Shown piece after piece: positions 1 to 9,158 of a DNA stretch of 64,000 bases (the stretch's first letter is position 1; the number at the start of each line of letters is the position of its first letter). Position numbers and translations under genes: made by a program. Under the pieces are notes generated by a model, which worked only from the letters and a program-made list of their open reading frames with translations, ran no database searches and was not told the origin of the DNA. The stretch is from Burkholderiaceae bacterium (GTDB lineage Bacteria > Pseudomonadota > Gammaproteobacteria > Burkholderiales > Burkholderiaceae_B), in assembly GCA_049646585.1 (NCBI GenBank), contig JBARWC010000118.1, positions 30,680-94,679 of the forward strand. The letters are read 5' to 3'.

Positions 1-509
1 CCAAGTAGATACCGCAAGTCCTGCGCACTTTCTGTGCCAGCTTCCAGCGCACGGACCGCCTGCTCGACTTTGCCCAGCTCTACCAATGGCGGCACTCGCC
101 CATACGCTCCTCCGGAGCGTAAATAAGCCTTAGCGTGAGGATCAAAAAGACGCAACGCGCCAACACGTGCTTCGTCATCCACCCACATCAGGAAGTCGAC
201 AGGCTCCAGCGCGGGCGTCTCTCGGTCTTTCTGACGCAACTTCGCATGGGCGCGCCGAATTACGCGTTCGCCCCAAGAATCCGGCGCAGTATCCTCCAGT
301 GCCCGAAAGAACACCTCTTGAGGATGCTGAACACTCAACACCCGCAACAGGTCGGGAGATAGCGTAAAAAACCGTGGATCCCGCAACCAACCCTCGTCAT
401 AGCTGAATGCGCTTCGCTTGCCGCTACCCAAGTACAACCGTCCCACGAGCTGACCGCTGGAGCCCAGGTGTACCTCAAGATCCTGGCGTCGGGATATCTT
501 GGCAGCCAT
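1..509 (-). CDS. hipA: HipA-family type II toxin kinase, N-terminal part (gene runs off the left edge)
   Basis: Hand translation of the minus strand from ATG 509-507 is open to position 1: MAAKISRRQDLEVHLGSSGQLVGRLYLG..FSYDEGWL..LSPDL..EDTAPDSWGERVI..VGALRLF. This is the HipA N-terminal/coupling-domain pattern. The start overlaps the stop of the upstream HTH gene (TAATG). It is absent from the ORF track because there is no stop in the window. Confidence 0.7.
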   Translation of the reverse strand, partial: MAAKISRRQDLEVHLGSSGQLVGRLYLGSGKRSAFSYDEGWLRDPRFFTLSPDLLRVLSVQHPQEVFFRALEDTAPDSWGERVIRRAHAKLRQKDRETPALEPVDFLMWVDDEARVGALRLFDPHAKAYLRSGGAYGRVPPLVELGKVEQAVRALEAGTESAQDLRYLL

Positions 510-922
510 TAGAAGCCCTCCAGTTCATCGCTGCTGTCAGTGACACTTCCTTCCATTGCAGCGGGGCGACCGACGCGCGGCTTGCCGCTACGCGGCGAGC
601 GCACCCGTTGGGGCAGCTGCTCTCGAAGCAAATCCATTCCCAGCGTGTCATGCTCCATTGACATGGCTTCCACAACGACATCAAGGCGACCAAGCACGTG
701 CAAGGCGCGCAGGAATGCATGTAAGGCAGTGCCAGGATTGCCATCTTCCATGCGCCTGACCGTACTTAACGACGTGCCAATACGCTGCGCCAAGTCTTCC
801 TGGCTTATACGACGCATACGACGCGCAATGGAGATGTCCTGCCCAAGACGGTGTAATGCGCGGTCTACGGGCCGCGGCAGCTCAAGCCGTGAATTTTGAG
901 CCTTTCGCTGAGTATTTGGCAC
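509..922 (-). CDS. hipB: XRE-family HTH antitoxin, HipB-like
   Basis: 137 aa with a Cro/C1-type HTH (ISQEDLAQRIGTSLSTVRRMEDG). It lies immediately upstream of hipA and is translationally coupled to it. Confidence 0.7.
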   Translation of the reverse strand: MPNTQRKAQNSRLELPRPVDRALHRLGQDISIARRMRRISQEDLAQRIGTSLSTVRRMEDGNPGTALHAFLRALHVLGRLDVVVEAMSMEHDTLGMDLLREQLPQRVRSPRSGKPRVGRPAAMEGSVTDSSDELEGF

Positions 923-930
923 TATTAAAA

Positions 931-973
931 TTCAAATATAAGTTAATTAAGTCGATAGTAGTTCATATTTGAA
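931..973. promoter_or_regulatory. Inverted repeats in the AT-rich hipBA upstream region (candidate HipB operator/promoter)
   Basis: TTCAAATAT (931-939) and ATATTTGAA (965-973) are a perfect 9-bp inverted pair. GTTCA-TATT-TGAAC (961-974) is a local dyad. They lie 9-50 bp upstream of the hipB start. Confidence 0.35.
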
Positions 974-1214
974 CACATTGCCAGAGTCATAATAATTTAT
1001 CACGGATGCGTCACGTGGCATGAACGGCGGCAGGCCGCTCATCATATCGGGGCAGAGGGGATGCGATCGCAAAGATCAAATCACAGTCGCAGTTGTTTGA
1101 AACAAGACTGGACGCAAGGGGATGCTGGCCAATTTCAGCAGGCTAAAAAGTCAGCATGAAAACTTTTGATATTGGCTTTCCGAACACCAAGTGGAAGCCA
1201 TTGAATAGTCATCG

Positions 1215-1288
1215 TGGAGCGGGTGAAGGGAATCGAACCCTCGTATGCAGCTTGGGAAGCTGCCGTTCTACCATTGAACTACACCCGC
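1215..1288 (-). tRNA. tRNA-Gly (anticodon CCC)
   Basis: The reverse complement GCGGGTGTAGTTCAATGGTAGAACGGCAGCTTCCCAAGCTGCATACGAGGGTTCGATTCCCTTCACCCGCTCCA has acceptor, D, anticodon (loop TTCCCAA) and T arms (GGTTCGATTCC) and an encoded CCA. Confidence 0.93.
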
Positions 1289-1415
1289 CTGAAGGCCGTT
1301 CCGGGAACCGGAAGGGTTTGCATTATAGCGCCCCGCTGGCAGCCTTGCCTGCGCCACTACAATTGCTTGCGGTTGCCGCATGAAATAAGCGGCGGCAATC
1401 ACTACAATTCAGGCT

Positions 1416-2204
1416 ATGAACATGAATTCCCAACCCAATCCCCCTGCCTCCCCGATGGCGGGCCTGGCGGCTGCCGAGCCCGCCGTGCCGGCCAAAGAAG
1501 AAGCCGGCGATTTCGTCGTCACGTCCACCGCTCCGTCCGGAACCAGCCATATACGCAGCTTCGTGCATCGACGCGCCCATATCACGCCGGGGCAAAAAGA
1601 AGCCCTGGATCATCTGATGCCGCTGTGGTCCCTGCCCTATCGCAATGCGCAGCTGGATTTCGACAAGGCGTTCGGCCGCCAGGCCCCCACCGTGCTGGAG
1701 ATCGGCTTCGGCATGGGCGAGACCACTCAGAAGATCGCACTGGCCAGGCCAGGCGACAACTTCCTGGGCGTAGAGGTATTCAACGCCGGCGTGGGCGCCA
1801 TGCTGAAACGCATCGAGGAATCCGAGCTCGGCAACGTGCGCATCATCCAGCACGACGCGGTGGAAGTGGCTCGCGACATGATTCCCCCGGATTCGCTGGC
1901 CGGCGTGCACATCTACTTTCCCGACCCCTGGCCCAAGAAGCGCCATCACAAGCGCCGCCTGATCCAGCCCGCCTTCATCGCGCTGCTGGCCAGCCGCATC
2001 AAGCCGGGCGGCTATATCCATTGCGCGACCGATTGGGAAAACTATGCCGAGCAGATGCTGGAGGTGCTAAGCGGAGAATCCAGCCTGGCCAATACGGCCA
2101 ACGGCTATGCGCCGCGCCCCGAGTTCCGCCCGCAGACCAAGTTCGAAACGCGCGGCCTGCGCCTGGGCCACGGCGTCTGGGACCTGATTTTCAAGCGAAA
2201 GTAG
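1416..2204 (+). CDS. trmB: tRNA (guanine46-N7)-methyltransferase
   Basis: 262 aa. SAM-MTase core LEIGFGMGE and the [17 protein letters not shown] motif characteristic of TrmB. Confidence 0.92.
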   Translation: MNMNSQPNPPASPMAGLAAAEPAVPAKEEAGDFVVTSTAPSGTSHIRSFVHRRAHITPGQKEALDHLMPLWSLPYRNAQLDFDKAFGRQAPTVLEIGFGMGETTQKIALARPGDNFLGVEVFNAGVGAMLKRIEESELGNVRIIQHDAVEVARDMIPPDSLAGVHIYFPDPWPKKRHHKRRLIQPAFIALLASRIKPGGYIHCATDWENYAEQMLEVLSGESSLANTANGYAPRPEFRPQTKFETRGLRLGHGVWDLIFKRK

Positions 2205-2263
2205 GCCTCTCGGACATCCGCCGCGCGGCAACGCGCGCCCGATCAACTTCACGCTACAGCTAA

Positions 2264-3211
<948 letters not shown>

Positions 3212-3259
3212 GGAGCCGGCGCCAGCCTTATTTAAAGCTTTCAGCAGGATTTTTGAAAA

Positions 3260-3460
3260 ATGAACATCACCCTCAATGGCAAACCGACGCAGCTTGAACA
3301 GGTCAATACCATTGCCGAGCTGGTTGCGCACCTGGGCTATCAGGACAAGCGCATCGCCGTGGAGCGCAATGGCGACATCGTCCCGAAAAGCCAGCACCCG
3401 CAAACCGGCCTGACCGAAGGCGACCGGCTTGAAATCGTCGTCGCCGTGGGCGGCGGCTGA
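3260..3460 (+). CDS. thiS: Sulfur-carrier protein ThiS
   Basis: 66 aa beta-grasp protein ending VAVGGG. It is alignable by eye with E. coli ThiS. Confidence 0.8.
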   Translation: MNITLNGKPTQLEQVNTIAELVAHLGYQDKRIAVERNGDIVPKSQHPQTGLTEGDRLEIVVAVGGG

Positions 3461-3577
3461 TCAATCCGCCACCCCCGTTCCACGCCAAAGCTTGATGAGG
3501 CCCACCCGCTACGGCCGCAGGCGCCTTCGGGCGAATGCACAAGACAGCAGGGTCGGCTGGACCGCCCTGCCGGCAAT

Positions 3578-4993
3578 CTAGCGGAACCCGCCGAAGCCGC
3601 CCTTGCCCAGGCCTTTCAGGCCACCCATGGCGCGCATCATCTTGGCCATGCCGCCCTTTTTCATCTGCTTCATCATGCCCTGCATTTGGTCGTACTGAGT
3701 CAGCAGACGGTTGACCTCTTGCACCGGCACACCCGCGCCCGCAGCGATGCGGCGCTTGCGCGAGGCCTTCAGTAATTCCGGCTTGGCGCGCTCGGCGGGC
3801 GTCATGGAATTGAGTATGCCCTCGCTGCGGCGCAACTGCTTTTCGGCCTGGCCGCCCTGCAACTGGCCGGCCGCCTGGGCAAACTGGGCCGGCAGCTTTT
3901 CCAGCAAGGAACCCATATCGCCCATTTTCCTGACCTGCAGCAGTTGATCGCGAAAGTCGTTCAGGTCGAAGCGTGAGCCCGACTTGATCTTGGCCGCCAG
4001 CTTTTCGGCCTCGGCCACGTCGATATTCTTTTGCGCCTGCTCCACCAGGGCGACGATATCGCCCATGCCCAGCACGCGCTGCGCCATGCGTTCGGGGTGG
4101 AAGGGCTCCAGGCCGTCCAGCTTTTCGGACACGCCCACGAACTTCAAGGGCTTGCCCGTTACGTGGCGCACCGACAAGGCCGCGCCGCCACGCGCATCGC
4201 CGTCCAGCTTGGTCAGCACCACGCCGGTCAGGGGTAGCGCATCGGCAAAGGCGCGCGCCACGTTGACCGCGTCCTGGCCCTGCATGGCGTCGACCACGAA
4301 CAGGGTTTCAATCGGGTTCAGCAGGTCGTGCAGAACGCGGATTTCGCGCATCATGGCTTCGTCCACGCCCAGGCGGCCGGCCGTATCCACGATAAGCACG
4401 TCGTAATGATGCTTTCTGGCGTGGTCCAGCGCCGCGTGCGCGATCTGCTCGGGCTTTTGCGACACGTCGGACGGCAGGAAATCCACCTTGACCTGGGCCG
4501 CCACGGTTTTCAGTTGCTCGATGGCGGCGGGGCGATAGACGTCGGCGCTGACCACCAGCACTTTCTTCTTGCCCGTCTTGCGGCCGTTCTGGATGTGGCC
4601 GCCTTCGGACAGCCATTTAGCCAGCTTGCCGGTGGTGGTAGTCTTGCCGGCGCCCTGCAAGCCGGCCATTAGGATGACGGCGGGCGGCTGGGTGGCCAGG
4701 GAAAGCTCGCCGGCCTCGTCGCCCAGGTCGCCGCCCATCAGGCCGGTCAGTTCCTTGTGCACCACGCCCACCAGCGCCTGGCCGGGGTTCAGGCTGCCCA
4801 CCACGTCCTGACCCAGGGCGCGTTCCTTCACGCGGGCCACGAAGTCGCGCACCACGGGCAGGGACACGTCGGCCTCTAGCAGGGCCATGCGCACTTCGCG
4901 CAGCATGTCTTGCGTATTGGCCTCGGTTAAACGGGCCTCGCCGCGCATTGTTTTGACAACGCGCGATAAACGCTGGGTCAGATTGTCGAGCAT
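3578..4993 (-). CDS. ffh: Signal recognition particle protein Ffh
   Basis: SRP54 GTPase motifs GLQGAGKTTT, DTAGR and TKLDGD, plus a Met-rich M domain. The start is moved from the ORF-track Met to MLDNLTQRL (ATG 4993). Confidence 0.95.
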   Translation of the reverse strand: MLDNLTQRLSRVVKTMRGEARLTEANTQDMLREVRMALLEADVSLPVVRDFVARVKERALGQDVVGSLNPGQALVGVVHKELTGLMGGDLGDEAGELSLATQPPAVILMAGLQGAGKTTTTGKLAKWLSEGGHIQNGRKTGKKKVLVVSADVYRPAAIEQLKTVAAQVKVDFLPSDVSQKPEQIAHAALDHARKHHYDVLIVDTAGRLGVDEAMMREIRVLHDLLNPIETLFVVDAMQGQDAVNVARAFADALPLTGVVLTKLDGDARGGAALSVRHVTGKPLKFVGVSEKLDGLEPFHPERMAQRVLGMGDIVALVEQAQKNIDVAEAEKLAAKIKSGSRFDLNDFRDQLLQVRKMGDMGSLLEKLPAQFAQAAGQLQGGQAEKQLRRSEGILNSMTPAERAKPELLKASRKRRIAAGAGVPVQEVNRLLTQYDQMQGMMKQMKKGGMAKMMRAMGGLKGLGKGGFGGFR

Positions 4994-5090
4994 AAGGGTG
5001 GTTTCGCTTAAACTAATTGATCTTTCGGCATACGGACTAAAATAGTCCGATTCAGGGGCTTGCCCCGAACTGCACATCATTCAAGGGACT

Positions 5091-5933
5091 ATGTCTGCAG
5101 GCATTGTATTTCACTTGCTGGCGGCTCTGGCGTACGCCGTGCTGGCCATATCGCTTTGGCGCCCTTTGACCCGGGGCGGCGAACAGGTCAGCGCCGGAAA
5201 AGTACGGCTGGTATGCCTGGCCGGCGCCATCGTGCTGCACGGCATAGGCCTGGCGCAAGCCATCGTGCCCAACCACACCCTGGTGCTGGGCTGGGCGCTG
5301 GCCCTTTCCGCCGCGGTCTGGCTGGGCATGGTGGTGTTCTGGCTGGAAAGCCTGGTCATGCGCATCGACGGCCTGCTGCTCATTCTACTCCCCGCCTCGG
5401 CTGTGGCCGCGGGCCTGGCCAGCCTGTTTCCCACGGGCCATATCGTCGCCCACGCCGGCAGCGAATGGCTGCGGGTGCACCTGCTTATCGCCCTGACGGC
5501 ATACGGGCTGATCACCGTGGCCGCCCTGCAGGCCATGCTGATGGCCGCCCTGGACCGCCAATTGCACCGGCCGGTGGAATCCGAGGCCACGCGCACCACG
5601 CTCAGCCGCGCACTGGATTCCATGCCGCCGCTGCTCCTGCAGGAAGTCCTGCTGTTCCGCCTTATCTGGATAGGCTTCGCCATCCTGACGCTTACCGTCA
5701 TCACGGGCGCCATCGTTTCGCTGCGCCTGACCACCGACCTGGTCCCCATGGACCACAAGACCATCTTCACGCTGCTGTCCTGGCTGACCTTCGGCGGTCT
5801 GCTGGTCGGCCGCTATACGCGCGGCTGGCGCGGGCGCATCGCCCTGCGCTGGACGCTGGTCGGCTTCGCCTTCCTGCTGCTGTCCTACACGGGCAGCCGC
5901 TTCGTGCTCGACGTCATTCTGCATCGGGGTTAG
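5091..5933 (+). CDS. Cytochrome c assembly family (CcsA/YpjD-like) inner-membrane protein
   Basis: 280 aa polytopic membrane protein divergent from ffh, which is the conserved position of this family. The call rests on hydrophobic pattern and context. Confidence 0.6.
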   Translation: MSAGIVFHLLAALAYAVLAISLWRPLTRGGEQVSAGKVRLVCLAGAIVLHGIGLAQAIVPNHTLVLGWALALSAAVWLGMVVFWLESLVMRIDGLLLILLPASAVAAGLASLFPTGHIVAHAGSEWLRVHLLIALTAYGLITVAALQAMLMAALDRQLHRPVESEATRTTLSRALDSMPPLLLQEVLLFRLIWIGFAILTLTVITGAIVSLRLTTDLVPMDHKTIFTLLSWLTFGGLLVGRYTRGWRGRIALRWTLVGFAFLLLSYTGSRFVLDVILHRG

Positions 5934-5934
5934 T

Positions 5935-6195
5935 GTGGGAAAAATACTATTCTGGGTAGTGGTCATCTTCGGCGGCCTCCTGGCCGCGCGCCTCCTGGCG
6001 CACCACAACGCAAAAGACCGGGCGGAAAGCGACCGGGCCAGGCCGGCAAAACGACGCGTCAAAGAGCCCAAACCGGTCGAATCCATGGTCCGCTGCGAGC
6101 ACTGCGGCATACACCTGCCCCGCTCCGAAGCGGTCATGTCCGAAGGCCATATCTGGTGCAGCCAGGACCACGCCAAGCTGGGCGTATGCCAGTGA
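5935..6195 (+). CDS. Small membrane-anchored zinc-ribbon-like protein (PP0621-type)
   Basis: 86 aa with an N-terminal TM helix, a basic linker, and CEHCGIHLP..WCSQDH. GTG start lies 1 nt after the upstream stop. Confidence 0.5.
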   Translation: MGKILFWVVVIFGGLLAARLLAHHNAKDRAESDRARPAKRRVKEPKPVESMVRCEHCGIHLPRSEAVMSEGHIWCSQDHAKLGVCQ

Positions 6196-6773
6196 ACCCC
6201 CTGGTCCTGGACCGCCACGGCTGGCTCAAACCGCAAGCGGGCGTCATCCATACGCCCTCGCCCAATCACGACGACAGGACCGATCCGGCCGATGTGAGCC
6301 TGCTGGTCATGCACAACATCAGCCTGCCGCCAGGCATCTTCGGCGGCCCTGAAGTCGCCGGCCTGTTCACCAATACGCTGGACTACGATTCGCACCCCTG
6401 GCTGGACCGCTTGCGCGGCCTGCGCGTCTCGGCGCACTTCTTCCTGCGGCGCGACGGCGGCATCGTGCAGTTCGTGTCCACGCAGAAGCGCGCCTGGCAC
6501 GCCGGCGTATCCTGCTTCGAGGGCCGCGAACGCTGCAACGACTTTTCGATAGGCATAGAAATGGAGGGCACCGATACCCTGCCCTATGCCGACGAGCAAT
6601 ACCAGACGCTGCGCGCCCTGGTGCCGGCGCTGCGCGCGCAGCACCCCCTAAAGGCGGTACGCGGCCACGAACACATCGCCCCCGGCCGCAAAACCGACCC
6701 AGGCCCCGCCTTCGACTGGCAGCGCTTGGGCCGCGAAACCGGCTGGCCGGCCCGGCAGTTGCCGCCAGTGTGA
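6186..6773 (+). CDS. ampD: 1,6-anhydro-N-acetylmuramyl-L-alanine amidase AmpD
   Basis: Amidase_2 motifs HNISLPPG, AHFFLRRDG, AWHAG and GHEHIAPGRKTDPG. Start set to ATG 6186 (MPVNPLV). Confidence 0.88.
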   Translation: MPVNPLVLDRHGWLKPQAGVIHTPSPNHDDRTDPADVSLLVMHNISLPPGIFGGPEVAGLFTNTLDYDSHPWLDRLRGLRVSAHFFLRRDGGIVQFVSTQKRAWHAGVSCFEGRERCNDFSIGIEMEGTDTLPYADEQYQTLRALVPALRAQHPLKAVRGHEHIAPGRKTDPGPAFDWQRLGRETGWPARQLPPV

Positions 6774-6792
6774 ATCGGCGCCCGAATAAACG

Positions 6793-6820
6793 CGCCCTTG
6801 CCACGATACCGGCAAGGGCG
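6793..6820. terminator. Bidirectional hairpin between convergent ampD and htpG
   Basis: CGCCCTTGCC (6793-6802) pairs perfectly with GGCAAGGGCG (6811-6820) around an 8-nt loop. Confidence 0.55.
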
Positions 6821-6840
6821 GGCTCCACAGCCTGCTGTGA

Positions 6841-8748
6841 TTATTTATTCAACAACAGGCGATTCATGCGCTTGACGAAGGCGGCCGGGTCCGAGAGGCT
6901 GGCGCCTTCGGCCAGCATGGCCTGGTCCAGCAGCAGCAAAGACCATTCTTCGAAATCGGCGTCCGGGGCGCCCTGAACCTGCGCAATCAAAGCGTGTTCG
7001 GGGTTGATCTCCAGAATCGGCTTGACCTCGGGCGCCGCCTGGCCTGCCGCCTGCAGCATGCGCAGCAGGTGCGGGCTAAGCTCGTGCTCGTCGACCACCA
7101 CGCAAGCCGGCGAATCCACCAGGCGCCCGGTTACGCGCACTTCCTTCACCTTGTCGCCCAGCGAAGTCTTCAGGCGCTCGACCAAAGGCTTGAAGGTCTC
7201 GGCCACTTCGGCCTGATGCTTCTTTTCTTCCTCGTCGGCCAGTTGGTCCAGATCCAGGCCGCCCTTGGCGATGGAGACCAGCGCCTTGCCATCGAAATCG
7301 CGCAGATAGGACAGCATCCATTCATCCACGCGGTCAGACAACAGCAGGACTTCCAGCCCCTTCTTGCGGAAGATCTCCAGATGCGGGCTGTTGCTGGCGG
7401 CCGCAAACGTATCGGCGCTGACATAATAGATTTTGTCCTGGCCTTCTTTCATGCGCGACACATAATCGGCCAGCGACACCGTCTGCGCCGAACCCTCGGC
7501 CTGCGTGGAGGCAAAGCGCAGCAGCTTGGCGATGCGTTCTTTATTGGCGGCGTCCTCGCCCGTGCCCTCTTTAAGCACCTGCCCGAATTCCTTCCAGAAA
7601 TCGGCATATTGCTCGGGCTTGTTCTCGGCAAGGTCTTCCAGCAGGGACAAGATGCGTTTGGCGGAGCCTTCGCGTATCACGCGCACATCGCGGCTTTCCT
7701 GCAGTATTTCACGCGACACGTTCAGCGGCAGGTCGGCCGAATCGATAACGCCGCGCACAAAACGCAGATAGGTCGGCAGCAGTTGCTCGGCCTCGTCCAT
7801 GATGAACACCCGCTTCACATACAGCTTGACCCCGCGCCGGCCCTCGCGGTCCCACAAATCCATGGGTGCATGCTTGGGTATGTACAGCAGCTGCGTGTAT
7901 TCGCTGCGGCCTTCCACGCGGTTGTGCGTCCAGGCTAGCGGATCGTCGTAATCGTGCCCGATGTGCTTGTAGAACTCTTGGTATTGCTCGTCGCTGATGT
8001 CCGACTTGGACCGCGTCCACAAGGCATTGGCCTGGTTGACGGTTTCCCATTCGTTCTTCTTGACCTGCTCGGACTTCTCGGCGTCCCACTCTTCCTTCAG
8101 CATCTGGATGGGCAGCGAGATATGGTCGGAATAGCGCCGCAACACCTCGCGCAGCTTCCAGCCGCCAAGGAAATCGTCTTCGTCCTTGCGCAGGTACAGC
8201 GTGACCGAAGTGCCGCGATCGGCTTTTTCCACTTGCGTGATCGAGAATTCGCCCTGGCCGTCGGACTCCCACAAGATGGCATCGGTCTCGGCGGCGCCGG
8301 CGCGGCGGCTCAGCACCGACACCTTCTCGGCCACGATGAAAGACGAATAAAAGCCCACGCCGAACTGGCCGATAAGCTGCGCGTCTTTTTGCTTGTCGCC
8401 GGTCAGTTGCGAGAAGAATTCCTTGGTGCCCGAGCGCGCAATGGTGCCCAAGTTGGCCACCGCCTCGTCGCGGCTCATGCCGATGCCGTTGTCGGAAATG
8501 GTGACCGTGCGCTGATCCTTGTCGTACTCCACGCGTATGCGCAAGTCGGTATCGCCCTGGAACAGGTCGGGATTGTCGATGGCTTCGAAGCGCAGCTTGT
8601 CGCAGGCGTCGGAGGCATTGGAAACCAGTTCGCGCAGGAAAATCTCTTTATTGCTGTACAGCGAGTGGATCATCAAGTGCAGCAATTGCTTCACTTCGGC
8701 CTGAAATCCCAGGGTTTCCGAATTGCTTGTCGTGTCGGTTTGAGTCAT
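6841..8748 (-). CDS. htpG: Molecular chaperone HtpG (Hsp90)
   Basis: N-terminal GHKL ATPase signature [34 protein letters not shown] and GQFGVGFYS. About 635 aa after moving the start to MTQTD (ATG 8748). Confidence 0.96.
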   Translation of the reverse strand: MTQTDTTSNSETLGFQAEVKQLLHLMIHSLYSNKEIFLRELVSNASDACDKLRFEAIDNPDLFQGDTDLRIRVEYDKDQRTVTISDNGIGMSRDEAVANLGTIARSGTKEFFSQLTGDKQKDAQLIGQFGVGFYSSFIVAEKVSVLSRRAGAAETDAILWESDGQGEFSITQVEKADRGTSVTLYLRKDEDDFLGGWKLREVLRRYSDHISLPIQMLKEEWDAEKSEQVKKNEWETVNQANALWTRSKSDISDEQYQEFYKHIGHDYDDPLAWTHNRVEGRSEYTQLLYIPKHAPMDLWDREGRRGVKLYVKRVFIMDEAEQLLPTYLRFVRGVIDSADLPLNVSREILQESRDVRVIREGSAKRILSLLEDLAENKPEQYADFWKEFGQVLKEGTGEDAANKERIAKLLRFASTQAEGSAQTVSLADYVSRMKEGQDKIYYVSADTFAAASNSPHLEIFRKKGLEVLLLSDRVDEWMLSYLRDFDGKALVSIAKGGLDLDQLADEEEKKHQAEVAETFKPLVERLKTSLGDKVKEVRVTGRLVDSPACVVVDEHELSPHLLRMLQAAGQAAPEVKPILEINPEHALIAQVQGAPDADFEEWSLLLLDQAMLAEGASLSDPAAFVKRMNRLLLNK

Positions 8749-8848
8749 GGTCCAGCCTGAAAAAATGATCAATAAAACAATTGTTTAGCCAATATTTACT
8801 ACGCCCCGCAGCGCGGAGCGGCAGCTTCGAAAGCCGCTTATTCCTTTT

Positions 8849-8877
8849 ACGATGGGGGCGGGAAGCGGATTTTCAAG
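8849..8877 (-). promoter_or_regulatory. Sigma32 (heat-shock) promoter of htpG
   Basis: The minus strand reads CTTGAAA-13 nt-CCCCATCGT. This matches the E. coli sigma32 consensus CTTGAAA-N13/14-CCCCATNT, about 100 nt upstream of the htpG start. Confidence 0.75.
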
Positions 8878-9019
8878 CGGACGCGGGGTTGCGTAAAACG
8901 CCTTGTTACACCCGAAAACAAGCTCTTGGTGTACGGTTACACCTACGACTGACAGTAATGAAGCAGATAGTTCGGTCTTTGTATCCAGGTTACCCGGCCC
9001 AGAACAAAGGAGTGCGATC

Positions 9020-9145
9020 GTGCAAGCTATAGCGCTTTTCAATGTATTGAAAGTCATCGGACTAGCGGTCCTTGTGCTGATGGTCACCGCCATCTGTTAC
9101 GCCGGCATCATCGGGATCAGCTACTGGTCCGGCATCGGCGTCTGA
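9020..9145 (+). CDS. 41-aa single-pass membrane micro-protein upstream of norC (hypothetical)
   Basis: GTG 9020 lies 7 nt after AAAGGAG. The product VQAIALFNVLKVIGLAVLVLMVTAICYAGIIGISYWSGIGV is almost entirely hydrophobic. It ends 13 nt before norC. Confidence 0.45.
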   Translation: MQAIALFNVLKVIGLAVLVLMVTAICYAGIIGISYWSGIGV

Positions 9146-9158
9146 CACGGAGGCCACC

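Noticed and set aside
1214-2263. 349-aa plus-strand ORF overlapping tRNA-Gly and trmB
   Set aside because: It is an alternative frame of trmB and starts inside the tRNA gene. The translation is Arg/Pro/Ala-rich with no motif. The trmB frame has the diagnostic motifs.
8780-8793. ATTGTTTAGCCAAT considered as an FNR/NnrR box for the nor genes
   Set aside because: The half-sites are out of phase with TTGAT-N4-ATCAA. It lies inside the htpG leader, about 230 bp from the micro-ORF upstream of norC and about 370 bp from norC itself.
8903-9019. N-terminal 39 codons of the 80-aa track ORF upstream of norC
   Set aside because: There is no RBS at 8903 and the sequence is not protein-like (MLHPKTSSWCTVTPTTDSNEADSS..). 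An internal GTG at 9020 with a strong RBS gives a clean TM peptide, so only that part is proposed.
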